A stretch of DNA of 35,532 nucleotides, taken from an uncultured Candidatus Saccharibacteria bacterium (lineage in GTDB: Bacteria > Patescibacteriota > Minisyncoccia > JAHISW01 > Tagabacteraceae). The notes under the pieces were generated by a model. It saw only the letters and a program-made list of their open reading frames with translations. It had not been told where the DNA came from and made no database searches. This document shows, piece by piece, positions 12,211-20,103 of this stretch (within the stretch, counting starts at the first letter, position 1; the number at the start of each line of letters is the position of its first letter). Where the stretch lies: the NCBI GenBank assembly GCA_964636095.1, contig CAZWRF010000003.1:1-35532 (forward strand). Direction: 5' to 3'. The translations under genes and the position numbers were made by a program.

Positions 12211-13887
12211 TTATTTTACCGGAGGCTTTTTTATAAAAGGATATCGCTTTCTGTAAGCAGACCTGGGTATTACGCCAAATTCAACCGACCTTATAAAGGC
12301 ATCGGGGGCCGACGCTGAGGTTGAAACCCAACCGGATTCCGCTCCACACTGTCCTTTAAAAACACCCGTATTGTCCGACGTAGCAACAATATTCTCCAGA
12401 AGCTGGTATGGAGTACTTACTATAAAAAGGCCCCTGACTCTTTCCGTACTTCCATCCAAATAAAGCCTGAAAATATTTTTTGGATAAACTTTAAAATAAC
12501 TTCCTTCAAAATCGACAAATCCTCCCAACGTTGACTTTAAAAGAAGGCCATACTTGAGTCCCCTTTTTCTGCATTCCTTAAAAAGCATCTTTTTAAGTTC
12601 GCCCATGGAACATTTTTTGTCTGACTCAACAAAAAGATTACTCATCCTTGCCGAAGGATCATTGATGAAAGAATTTACATCAACGCGAGAATGGCCGTTT
12701 GAATGAAAATTTTTCTTGCGATTTTCAATGCCGAATTTTCCGGCAGTTTCTCTCGTGTGCAAGTAATTTCTAAGAACTCCTTTCTCAACAAGCAAAACTT
12801 TCTGAGATTTTACTCCATCTTCGTCGTACTCATAAGTGCCGTCATATCCGGGAACAGTAGGGTCATCATAAACGGTCAAAAAATCGGGAGCAATTTTTGA
12901 ACCTATCTTTCCTTTAAAAGTAAGGGATATTCCGTCATCCCAAGCGTCATCATCGTCGTCATCGGCATCTTTTTCATCCTGGCGTCCGCCTTCAAGACTG
13001 TGCCCAATGGCCTCGTGCCAAATAACACCATGGTTTTCTCCATCAACAATTACGGGATAGATGTCGGCTTTTTCAACAGGCGCCTTTTCCATCTCTTCAA
13101 TTTCCACATACATAGCTCTCGCCATTTTTATCAGATCTTCTTCCGAGGGAAATTTTCTAAGGTCATTATACCAAAGTGATTTACCGTTTCCCAAAACTAT
13201 ATTATCCTTGCATCGGATCTCAATTTTCAGCATAAGACCGAAATTGGCACTGCCATCCACAATGCAGGTCCCTTCGGAGTTGACCATATATCGCTTCTCA
13301 AAAAGACATGACATGTCAACAAAAGAAGCCACCACTTTTTCGGAAATAAATTCCCGAGAAACCCGCGATAGGACGCCGGACCAAAAGTCCCTGTCAAACT
13401 TAGAAAAATTTGGCGGGTTATAATAAATCTCCTGTTTTTCTTTCGAAAAATAAATAAAGGAATGAAATTCATCCGGCACGCCTAGAGCATTGGTATTTTT
13501 CTTTTTCATGTCCTTAACTGCCTCGTACAAGCTCTCGTTCATGTCTATCCAGATTTTTCTTTTGAAAACAAAGGGGTCGTAGTTTTCGGGTACAAGCGCT
13601 ATCGGAACTTTGCTTACGCTCCCGCCCATAGTATAGCCGCCAACCCGCAGTTCACTTCGTATGTACTTCATTTTGGTATCCAGGCTTACCATCACAACAG
13701 CACCGTCAGAAGCGGAAATTCCGGGGCCCGATACTTCCCTAAGAGAAAGGGACGCAAAAAAAGGATTAAATGTTTCATTCTTTTTGGACCTTACACTTCT
13801 ATGCTTCAGTTCCATTTTCATTATGTTTTGAATATTTTCTTTCAACAAACCCAAAATGGCTTTATCTTCCTTGCTCAATTTTTTCAT
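12211..13887 (-). CDS. TldD/PmbA-family metallopeptidase (TldD-like, HExxxH)
   Basis: 558 aa. HEAIGHSLEG zinc motif. The C-terminal region is TldD-like. A strong SD (GGAGGG) precedes the ATG at 13887. Poly-Asp insertion DEKDADDDDDDAWDD lies just after the motif. Confidence 0.75.
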   Translation of the reverse strand: MKKLSKEDKAILGLLKENIQNIMKMELKHRSVRSKKNETFNPFFASLSLREVSGPGISASDGAVVMVSLDTKMKYIRSELRVGGYTMGGSVSKVPIALVPENYDPFVFKRKIWIDMNESLYEAVKDMKKKNTNALGVPDEFHSFIYFSKEKQEIYYNPPNFSKFDRDFWSGVLSRVSREFISEKVVASFVDMSCLFEKRYMVNSEGTCIVDGSANFGLMLKIEIRCKDNIVLGNGKSLWYNDLRKFPSEEDLIKMARAMYVEIEEMEKAPVEKADIYPVIVDGENHGVIWHEAIGHSLEGGRQDEKDADDDDDDAWDDGISLTFKGKIGSKIAPDFLTVYDDPTVPGYDGTYEYDEDGVKSQKVLLVEKGVLRNYLHTRETAGKFGIENRKKNFHSNGHSRVDVNSFINDPSARMSNLFVESDKKCSMGELKKMLFKECRKRGLKYGLLLKSTLGGFVDFEGSYFKVYPKNIFRLYLDGSTERVRGLFIVSTPYQLLENIVATSDNTGVFKGQCGAESGWVSTSASAPDAFIRSVEFGVIPRSAYRKRYPFIKKPPVK

Positions 13888-13918
13888 ATCAGTACCCTCC
13901 GATTGTTAAAGACCCGCG

Positions 13919-13946
13919 TTGTAATTATTCGCCCCTATGCTAGCAT
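13919..13946 (+). promoter_or_regulatory. Candidate sigma70-type promoter for the SPS-like gene
   Basis: -35 TTGTAA (13919-13924), 16-nt spacer, then extended -10 TGC-TAGCAT (13939-13946). The -10 lies inside the perfect palindrome ATGCTAGCAT. Confidence 0.4.
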
Positions 13947-13986
13947 GATTTTGCTATTTTGCCCATGCGTATTAAAATAAAGAAGC

Positions 13987-15273
13987 ATGGCAAAGCTCTA
14001 CATACAAATGTACACCATTCACGGACTGGTGAGAGCCAAGAATCTTGAACTCGGCATAGACGAAGACACCGGCGGGCAAATCGTTTATGTTCTGGAATTA
14101 GCCAAGGCATTAAGCCAACTGCCGGATGTGGGAAAAATTGAAGTTATTACGAGAAAAATTGAAGACCTTCGTTATCCGGGTTATAACAAAGGCTTGGAAA
14201 AAATAAACGAAAAGACAACCCTTGTCCGCCTATCTTGTGGCCCTAAAAAATATGTAAAAAAAGTTGACCTATGGCCGTATCTGGATGAATTCGCAAAAAA
14301 CGCAGAAATCTATACAAAAAATCTGAACAGGAGGCCGGATATCATTCATAGCAACTACGCGGACGGTGGATATGTTGGCAGGCATCTTGCCAAGAAATTT
14401 CATGTTCCCTTGGTTCATGTTTCTCACAGCCTGGCCAAGCCCGAGATAAAACGACTTCGCTTGTCCGGAAAAAACCATTTAATTTTGCAGGCCAAGGAAG
14501 AACAAAAAATAATAAACGATGCCAACGCCATTGTGGCCAGCTCGGAACAGGAAAAAAACTTTCAATACGGAATGTACAAATTGAGTAATATGGAAAAAAT
14601 TTATGTGATCCCTCCGGGTATTGATTTTAAAAAGTTTAAGCCCGACAACAAAAAGAATAAAGAAAAGTTCCCCGTGGTTTTGGCAATGGCCAGAATAGAC
14701 GCCAAAAAAAATTTAATTGGATCCGTTGAGGCTTTTTCCAAAAACAAAAATCTTCAAAAAAAAGCAAAGCTATCTATTGCCTCGAGTACGTTCGGAGCCA
14801 AGAACTTAAGCGGACGCGAGAGAAAACTTATCGCTGAAATAAAAAATAAAATAAAAAATTTCCGCCTTGAAAATGTTGTTTCTCTCGTTAACCCCAATGG
14901 TTATGGCGGTTCGGAAAATCTTTATCGATTGGCGGCACAAAGCGGAGGAATATTTATAAACCCGGCTCTGTTTGAAGGCTTCGGCCTTACTACACTGGAA
15001 GCCGGAGCCTGCGGTGTACCGGTAGTTGTTACCAAAAATGGAGGACCGGCAGAAGTGGTGGAAAAGTGCAAAAACGGAATCGTTGTTGACCCGCGAAACA
15101 CAAGTGAGCTCGCTAATGCCATAGAAAAAATAATTGGAAACAGAAAACTGTGGAAAAAATTTTCCGAAAATGGACTAAAAAACATCCCAAGGTATTACTC
15201 CTGGCCTTCTGCCGCTAAAAAACACATAAAACTGTTCAAAAAATTGTGCGGGATACGAGAATCGAACTCGTGA
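13987..15273 (+). CDS. GT4 glycosyltransferase, sucrose-phosphate synthase-like (glycosyltransferase domain only)
   Basis: 428 aa. The N-terminus, IHGLVRAKNLELGIDEDTGGQIVYVLELAKAL...IIHSNYADGGYVG...PLVHVSHSL, closely resembles the SPS signature (HGLIRG.N.ELGRD.DTGGQ.KYV.ELA.AL). The C-terminal part has the GT-B motif EGFGLTTLEAGACGVPVV. The acceptor is not determinable from sequence. Confidence 0.8.
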   Translation: MAKLYIQMYTIHGLVRAKNLELGIDEDTGGQIVYVLELAKALSQLPDVGKIEVITRKIEDLRYPGYNKGLEKINEKTTLVRLSCGPKKYVKKVDLWPYLDEFAKNAEIYTKNLNRRPDIIHSNYADGGYVGRHLAKKFHVPLVHVSHSLAKPEIKRLRLSGKNHLILQAKEEQKIINDANAIVASSEQEKNFQYGMYKLSNMEKIYVIPPGIDFKKFKPDNKKNKEKFPVVLAMARIDAKKNLIGSVEAFSKNKNLQKKAKLSIASSTFGAKNLSGRERKLIAEIKNKIKNFRLENVVSLVNPNGYGGSENLYRLAAQSGGIFINPALFEGFGLTTLEAGACGVPVVVTKNGGPAEVVEKCKNGIVVDPRNTSELANAIEKIIGNRKLWKKFSENGLKNIPRYYSWPSAAKKHIKLFKKLCGIRESNS

Positions 15274-15317
15274 CTCAACCTTGGGAAGGTCGCATTATGC
15301 CACTTAACTAATCCCGC
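15247..15317 (-). tRNA. tRNA-Gly (anticodon CCC), 71 nt, no encoded CCA
   Basis: Hand-folded cloverleaf: acceptor GCGGGAT/ATCCCGC; D arm GTTA-AGTGGCA-TAAT; anticodon arm CGACC-TTCCCAA-GGTTG; variable loop AGTC; T arm ACGAG-TTCGATT-CTCGT; discriminator A. Confidence 0.9.
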
Positions 15318-15324
15318 GCAAACC

Positions 15325-15714
15325 TTAAAATATATTCTTAACAAAATTCCAAGCTTTTTCAAGAAAGCTCTCTCTGCTGTCTGCCGGGGTGGCGCTAGCT
15401 TCCGGCGAATTTTCGTCAACAATAACCACGAAGTCCTCGCCCGGTTTTTTTAGCTGAAACTTTTCTCTAAGCTCCTTCTCCACGCCTGCCGGATTGTTGA
15501 GCCGACTTATTTCCGACTCCAGACTTTGTTTTTTGTCGGTTAAATCGTTAATATCATTTTGAACCTCTTCGTTCTTCAAAACTGCCACCTGGCTTTTTTT
15601 GTAGGCCTTAAAAACGGAAACCCCCACAAGAACAACAGCGAAAAAGAGAAGCAAAAAAACGGGCCGTGAAAAAAATATTCTTCTAAGGTAGCTTCTTTCC
15701 CTAAATTCGCGCAT
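15325..15714 (-). CDS. Septum formation initiator family protein (FtsB/DivIC-like)
   Basis: 129 aa. N-terminal TM helix, a coiled-coil segment (LKNEEVQNDINDLTDKKQSLESEISRL), then EKELREKFQLKKPGEDFVVI, which is typical of this family. Confidence 0.6.
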   Translation of the reverse strand: MREFRERSYLRRIFFSRPVFLLLFFAVVLVGVSVFKAYKKSQVAVLKNEEVQNDINDLTDKKQSLESEISRLNNPAGVEKELREKFQLKKPGEDFVVIVDENSPEASATPADSRESFLEKAWNFVKNIF

Positions 15715-15731
15715 GTTTTATAATGAAAATA

Positions 15732-15839
15732 ATGCTTTTATCCAAACGGGGGAAAAAAATAAACAAAATTATTTGGATGGTGATAAGTGTTATCGCTGTT
15801 TTCGCAATGGTCGCCTTTCTTATTATACCACTGTTTTAG
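15732..15839 (+). CDS. Possible 35-aa single-TM peptide (MLLSKRGKKINKIIWMVISVIAVFAMVAFLIIPLF)
   Basis: My own translation. It has a positive-inside N-terminus followed by one TM helix. TATAAT at 15719-15724 lies 7 nt before the ATG, so it may be leaderless. It overlaps the lepA stop by 4 nt in convergent orientation. Confidence 0.35.
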   Translation: MLLSKRGKKINKIIWMVISVIAVFAMVAFLIIPLF

Positions 15840-17677
15840 TTCTTATCTCTAATCATCTTCAAGAAAACATCGTGAGGGACGTTGACTCTGCCAAATTTCT
15901 TTAGTTTTTCCTTTCCCTTTTTTTGTTTTTTCCAAAGCTTCTGCTTTCTTGTAATATCGCCTCCGTAGAGATGTCCGGTAACATCTTTTTTTAAGGCCGA
16001 AATGCTCCTGGCCGACAAAATTCTTCCCAAAGCCTTCACCTGTATTTTTATGACAAAAAGCGCCGGAGGTAGAAACTTTTTCAGCTTATCCGCCATTTTT
16101 TTTGCCTCTCTCTGCATTTCATCTTTCTTAACAACTTTTGAAAAAGCCGAAACCTTTTCTTCGTTTAACAAAACGTCCAGCCTTACAAGATTTGCTTCCC
16201 TGTCATTTATTATTTCGTAACTCAAGGAAGCATAGCCGGAAGTGGCACTTTTGAGCTCCTCAAAAAAACCATCCATCATTTCCCTTAGGGGCATTTCGAG
16301 GTTCATAATGAATCTTTGCCCAAAACCCGAAGAGCCAAAATCGTGGGTCTCTCCCACCACGGCATCATGCTGTCTTAGAACTTGAAGCACGGCATTCATT
16401 TTTTCCGACGGGGTTATTATTTTTATTGCCACCCAGGGCTCCATAACTTTTTTGACTTCAAAATGTTCCGGAAAAAGAGCCGGAGAATATATATCCTTTG
16501 TCTGTCCCTTTATATCTTCCACTTTATAAACAACACTGGGAGTAGCCACTACTAAGTTAAGGCCGAACTCCCTTCTAAGGCGCTCTGCCACGATTTCAAG
16601 ATGAAGCATGCCTAAAAATCCGCACCGAAAACCACGACCCAAAATACCGCTTTCTTCCTCTTCAAAAGCCAGTGCCCCATCGGAAAGATTAAGACGCTGC
16701 AATGATTGCTTTAAAGTCGCAAAATCGTCCTGTGATTCAGGATAAACACTTGCCCATACTACAGACACGGGCTTCTTGTACCCCTCTAGAGGATCCAGCC
16801 GGCTGTTTTTTGAAAGCAAAGTGTCCCCCACACGGGCTATGTTAGCTTCCTTCAGATTCGTAACTACATATCCTATTTCTCCCGCGCTTAAAGAGCCTGT
16901 CGGCTCAAAGGCAGGCCTGAAAATACCGGCTTCGCCGACAGAAAATCCTTTTTGGGCCTGATATAAAAAAACATTATCTCCTTTTTCCAGGACCCCGTCC
17001 GTTACACGAACATAGAGTATCACTCCTCTGTGAACTGAATATTCAAAATCAAAAACGAGCGCCCTCAAGTTGTTGGCTGTCGGATTCTCAATTTGGTGTC
17101 CGGCAGCTCCCCGCTCCGGCGGCGGGACCCGTCCAATTATTTCCCCAAGAAGATTCTCCACATTTTGTCCCGTTTTGGCGGAAATCTCTAAAATATCCTC
17201 CGGCAAGCAATCCAAAATCTCCGTAATTTCTTTTTTTGTTTCTTCGGCCATTGCATTCGGACTGTCTATTTTATTTACAACGGGAATAATCACAAGGCCA
17301 AGATCTCTAGCCGCTTCCAAATTGCTTACCGTTTGCGCCTGAACGCCCTGTGTGGCATCTACAAGCAGAACGGCGCCCTCTACGGCCTTTAGGGACCTTG
17401 AAACCTCATATGAGAAGTCTATGTGGCCCGGGGTATCGATTAAGTTAAGAACATACGTTGTAGCGTTTAAAGTATAGGCCATTCGAACGGGCTGCATTTT
17501 TATAGTAATGCCCCTTTCCCGCTCAAGGTCCATTTGGTCCAAATATTGCTCTTTCATTTTTCTTTTCTCCACCGTCGATGTCAATTCCAAAAAACGGTCC
17601 GCCAGTGTTGACTTGCCGTGGTCTATATGAGCTATGATACAAAAATTGCGAATATTGTTTCCTTGCATTTTGTTCAT
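15836..17677 (-). CDS. lepA: Elongation factor 4 (LepA)
   Basis: 613 aa. Motifs: IRNFCIIAHIDHGKSTLADR, DTPGHIDF and NKID, plus the LepA-specific C-terminal domain (LYGGDITRKQKLWKKQKKGK). Confidence 0.97.
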   Translation of the reverse strand: MNKMQGNNIRNFCIIAHIDHGKSTLADRFLELTSTVEKRKMKEQYLDQMDLERERGITIKMQPVRMAYTLNATTYVLNLIDTPGHIDFSYEVSRSLKAVEGAVLLVDATQGVQAQTVSNLEAARDLGLVIIPVVNKIDSPNAMAEETKKEITEILDCLPEDILEISAKTGQNVENLLGEIIGRVPPPERGAAGHQIENPTANNLRALVFDFEYSVHRGVILYVRVTDGVLEKGDNVFLYQAQKGFSVGEAGIFRPAFEPTGSLSAGEIGYVVTNLKEANIARVGDTLLSKNSRLDPLEGYKKPVSVVWASVYPESQDDFATLKQSLQRLNLSDGALAFEEEESGILGRGFRCGFLGMLHLEIVAERLRREFGLNLVVATPSVVYKVEDIKGQTKDIYSPALFPEHFEVKKVMEPWVAIKIITPSEKMNAVLQVLRQHDAVVGETHDFGSSGFGQRFIMNLEMPLREMMDGFFEELKSATSGYASLSYEIINDREANLVRLDVLLNEEKVSAFSKVVKKDEMQREAKKMADKLKKFLPPALFVIKIQVKALGRILSARSISALKKDVTGHLYGGDITRKQKLWKKQKKGKEKLKKFGRVNVPHDVFLKMIRDKN

Positions 17678-17746
17678 TAAAACTTTACTCTATAATTAGA
17701 GCAAAAATAAGGTTTTTTAACAACAAAGAAAAAGGAGCTCGGAAAA

Positions 17747-18352
17747 ATGAAAAGCAAGGTCAGAATGTTTTTGTCATCGCTTTTGGCGATTTTCTTTTTG
17801 TTCGGATGCGCCGGTACATTACTGCCTCGCTCAACAAGAAATACCGAAATAAAATGGGAGACCTACGATAAATTTGAAAAAATTTATAATACAATAAGCA
17901 AAGGCCAAACAGAAGAACAGCTTAAAAAAATCGGCCTGGATCCCAAAATTATGCCCATAACTATTATGAGCGACAGAGAAATAAGAAGCGAGTACCTTCC
18001 AAACCAATCCATAAAAATTGATTATTTGGATGAAGGAGTTCAAGAATGTATAAAAGCAAAAAGTCAGTGTTTTGGATACAGCTTCAATTTTGAAAAAACA
18101 CACGAAAAAAGAATAGGCAGTTTTTGGCTCGATACTCTTGGGATAAAAAGAAGAACTATAACTTCCGGGTGGAAATTCGTGGGCCGCGTACTATTGGTCA
18201 TAAAAAAAGACAATATAGCCAGAGTTGTATATATTGAACGTTCAAGCGGCGACCCAATAATCAAAAAAAATACGAACACCACAAAGCCTCTCGGCCCGCT
18301 CCAAACCGCCGGAGAAGAGGCGGTAAAAATGGGAGTAGGCTCCACGTTTTAA
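17747..18352 (+). CDS. Predicted lipoprotein, unknown function
   Basis: 201 aa. Signal peptide with lipobox (LFLFGC-AGT). SD AAAGGAG lies 8 nt upstream. The segment QTEEQLKKIGLDP is faintly SmpA/OmlA-like. Confidence 0.6.
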   Translation: MKSKVRMFLSSLLAIFFLFGCAGTLLPRSTRNTEIKWETYDKFEKIYNTISKGQTEEQLKKIGLDPKIMPITIMSDREIRSEYLPNQSIKIDYLDEGVQECIKAKSQCFGYSFNFEKTHEKRIGSFWLDTLGIKRRTITSGWKFVGRVLLVIKKDNIARVVYIERSSGDPIIKKNTNTTKPLGPLQTAGEEAVKMGVGSTF

Positions 18353-18365
18353 TAAATATAAAAAG

Positions 18366-18398
18366 ATCCGGTGAGATTTGTTTCGTCCGGGTTTTTTT
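18366..18398. terminator. Weak hairpin plus T7 run between the convergent lipoprotein gene and murJ
   Basis: ATCCGG-(15 nt)-CCGGGT followed by TTTTTTT. The stem is short and the loop is long. Confidence 0.3.
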
Positions 18399-18406
18399 GT
18401 TTTCAC

Positions 18407-20086
18407 TTATAGTATTTCTTCCGGTTCTACGGCCGTGGTAACGGCCTCTTTCTTGAATTTTTGCCTTAGAGACGAAACTATTTCAATAAGTTCATTGTTT
18501 TTTAGGTATTTCAGCAAGAGAAAACCTGCAGCCAGAGCCAAAATACCCGAAAAAAATCCCTGCATGAAAATTCCGAGAAAGGTGCTTATGTTAAAAACCG
18601 AGTCAAAAACATTCAAAAGTCCATAGGCTACAAAGCCCACCGCCACTGACGTAAGGGAAACTTGCCACAAGTTTTTTTCAACAAAACCGGTAATTGAACC
18701 GAAGCTTTTCTCAAAAAACATAAACAAAAGGAAAAAATTGATAACGGTACCGACAGAATAAGCCAGCGGGAGCATCAGCATGGAAACACCGTCAACATTC
18801 TCAACTCTCAAAATTTTCTCGAAAAACCCCGCAAAAAAAGATACGTTTTTGAACAAGAAAAGAAATATAAACGAAAAAACAATTATGGAAAGGGAGGAAA
18901 TAATATTTACAATGAGAGGAATTTTTGTTTTGCCAGCAGCGTAAAAAGCCCGAACCAAAAGAAGAATGAGCCCTTGGGCAAAAAGCGAAAGAGCGAATAG
19001 AGCCAAGGCGGCGGCGGTAAGGCGCGTATCCGTCCAAGTAAAAGCGCCCGCGCCTAAAACAACCCGAACTATCTGAGCGCGCAAAACTATAAACAAAACG
19101 GCAAAAGGCAAAAGCCAAAAAAGTATGTGGCGAAAACTTAAGACCACGGAAAAAATAAACTTATCTTTTTCTTTTTTTATAAAGTTGCTGGCCAATGAAG
19201 GAAAAGCCGCAACACTATAGCTTAAGGCTATTATACCCAATGGTATTGTTTGAAGATTTAAGGCGAGATTAAAAACGGCAATACTTCCAACTGCTAAAAA
19301 TGAGGCCACGGCAGTAATAATGGTTAAAACTATCTGGTTTAAAGTAAGTCCCAGTGTACGCGGCAAGGAAAGCAGCATAAGTTTTTTTACTTCATTAAGG
19401 CGAAAATTTGTTGTAAATCTGGGAAAATATCCCAATGAAACGAGGGAAGGAACCTGCACCAGAAGATGAAATGCCGCGCCCACGGCAACACCCCAAACTA
19501 TGCCGGCAAGCCCAAAAACGGGATAAAGAACAACTAGGCCTAAAATAATTCCAACATTGTAAACAACGCCTGAAAGAGCATACGCTAAAAATCTCCTAAA
19601 AGACTGAATAACACTGGAGACTAAATTTGAAAGGCCCAAAAGGAGCGGAGAAAGCAAAAGAACGCGGGTAAACATTATCAGGGTATTTTTGTCAGCCACG
19701 GAAAAGCCGGGAGCAATGATTCCGGTGATATACGGCACGGCAAAAAAAGAAACGGCAACCAAAAAAATTATAAATACAAAAAATACCGAAAAAACCGAGT
19801 TCATAAATGAATGACTGGCTTCATCAGAAACTTTCTTTTTTTCCAAAAGAAAAGGAATAACCGCCGTAACGGAAACGAGGAAAAGGCCTACGGTGTACAA
19901 AAAGTCAGGCAAGCGAAAAGACGCATAGTATATATCCAATGTTTTTCCCGCGCCGAAAATGGAAGCCAGAAGGCGGTCCCTGAAAATAGCCAAAACCTTC
20001 GCGCCCACAGACGCGAAGGCCAGAAGAAAGGCTGTACGGTGCAAACCGCGAACCTCTCGGTTCAGAAAACTAAAAATCCTTGGCAC
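18407..20086 (-). CDS. murJ: Lipid II flippase MurJ (MviN family)
   Basis: 559 aa with about 14 TM helices. The N-terminal motif RDRLLASIFGAGKTLDIYYASFRLPDFLY is typical of MurJ. The track start is a GTG and the true start is uncertain. Confidence 0.88.
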   Translation of the reverse strand: MPRIFSFLNREVRGLHRTAFLLAFASVGAKVLAIFRDRLLASIFGAGKTLDIYYASFRLPDFLYTVGLFLVSVTAVIPFLLEKKKVSDEASHSFMNSVFSVFFVFIIFLVAVSFFAVPYITGIIAPGFSVADKNTLIMFTRVLLLSPLLLGLSNLVSSVIQSFRRFLAYALSGVVYNVGIILGLVVLYPVFGLAGIVWGVAVGAAFHLLVQVPSLVSLGYFPRFTTNFRLNEVKKLMLLSLPRTLGLTLNQIVLTIITAVASFLAVGSIAVFNLALNLQTIPLGIIALSYSVAAFPSLASNFIKKEKDKFIFSVVLSFRHILFWLLPFAVLFIVLRAQIVRVVLGAGAFTWTDTRLTAAALALFALSLFAQGLILLLVRAFYAAGKTKIPLIVNIISSLSIIVFSFIFLFLFKNVSFFAGFFEKILRVENVDGVSMLMLPLAYSVGTVINFFLLFMFFEKSFGSITGFVEKNLWQVSLTSVAVGFVAYGLLNVFDSVFNISTFLGIFMQGFFSGILALAAGFLLLKYLKNNELIEIVSSLRQKFKKEAVTTAVEPEEIL

Positions 20087-20103
20087 TTTCGTTTAATTGA
20101 CCC

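Noticed and set aside
15713-15904. A 63-aa plus-strand ORF from the track in the ftsB-like/lepA spacer.
   Set aside because: Most of it is antisense to the lepA 3' end, and its composition is not protein-like. The alternative 35-aa frame (15732..15839) is more plausible.
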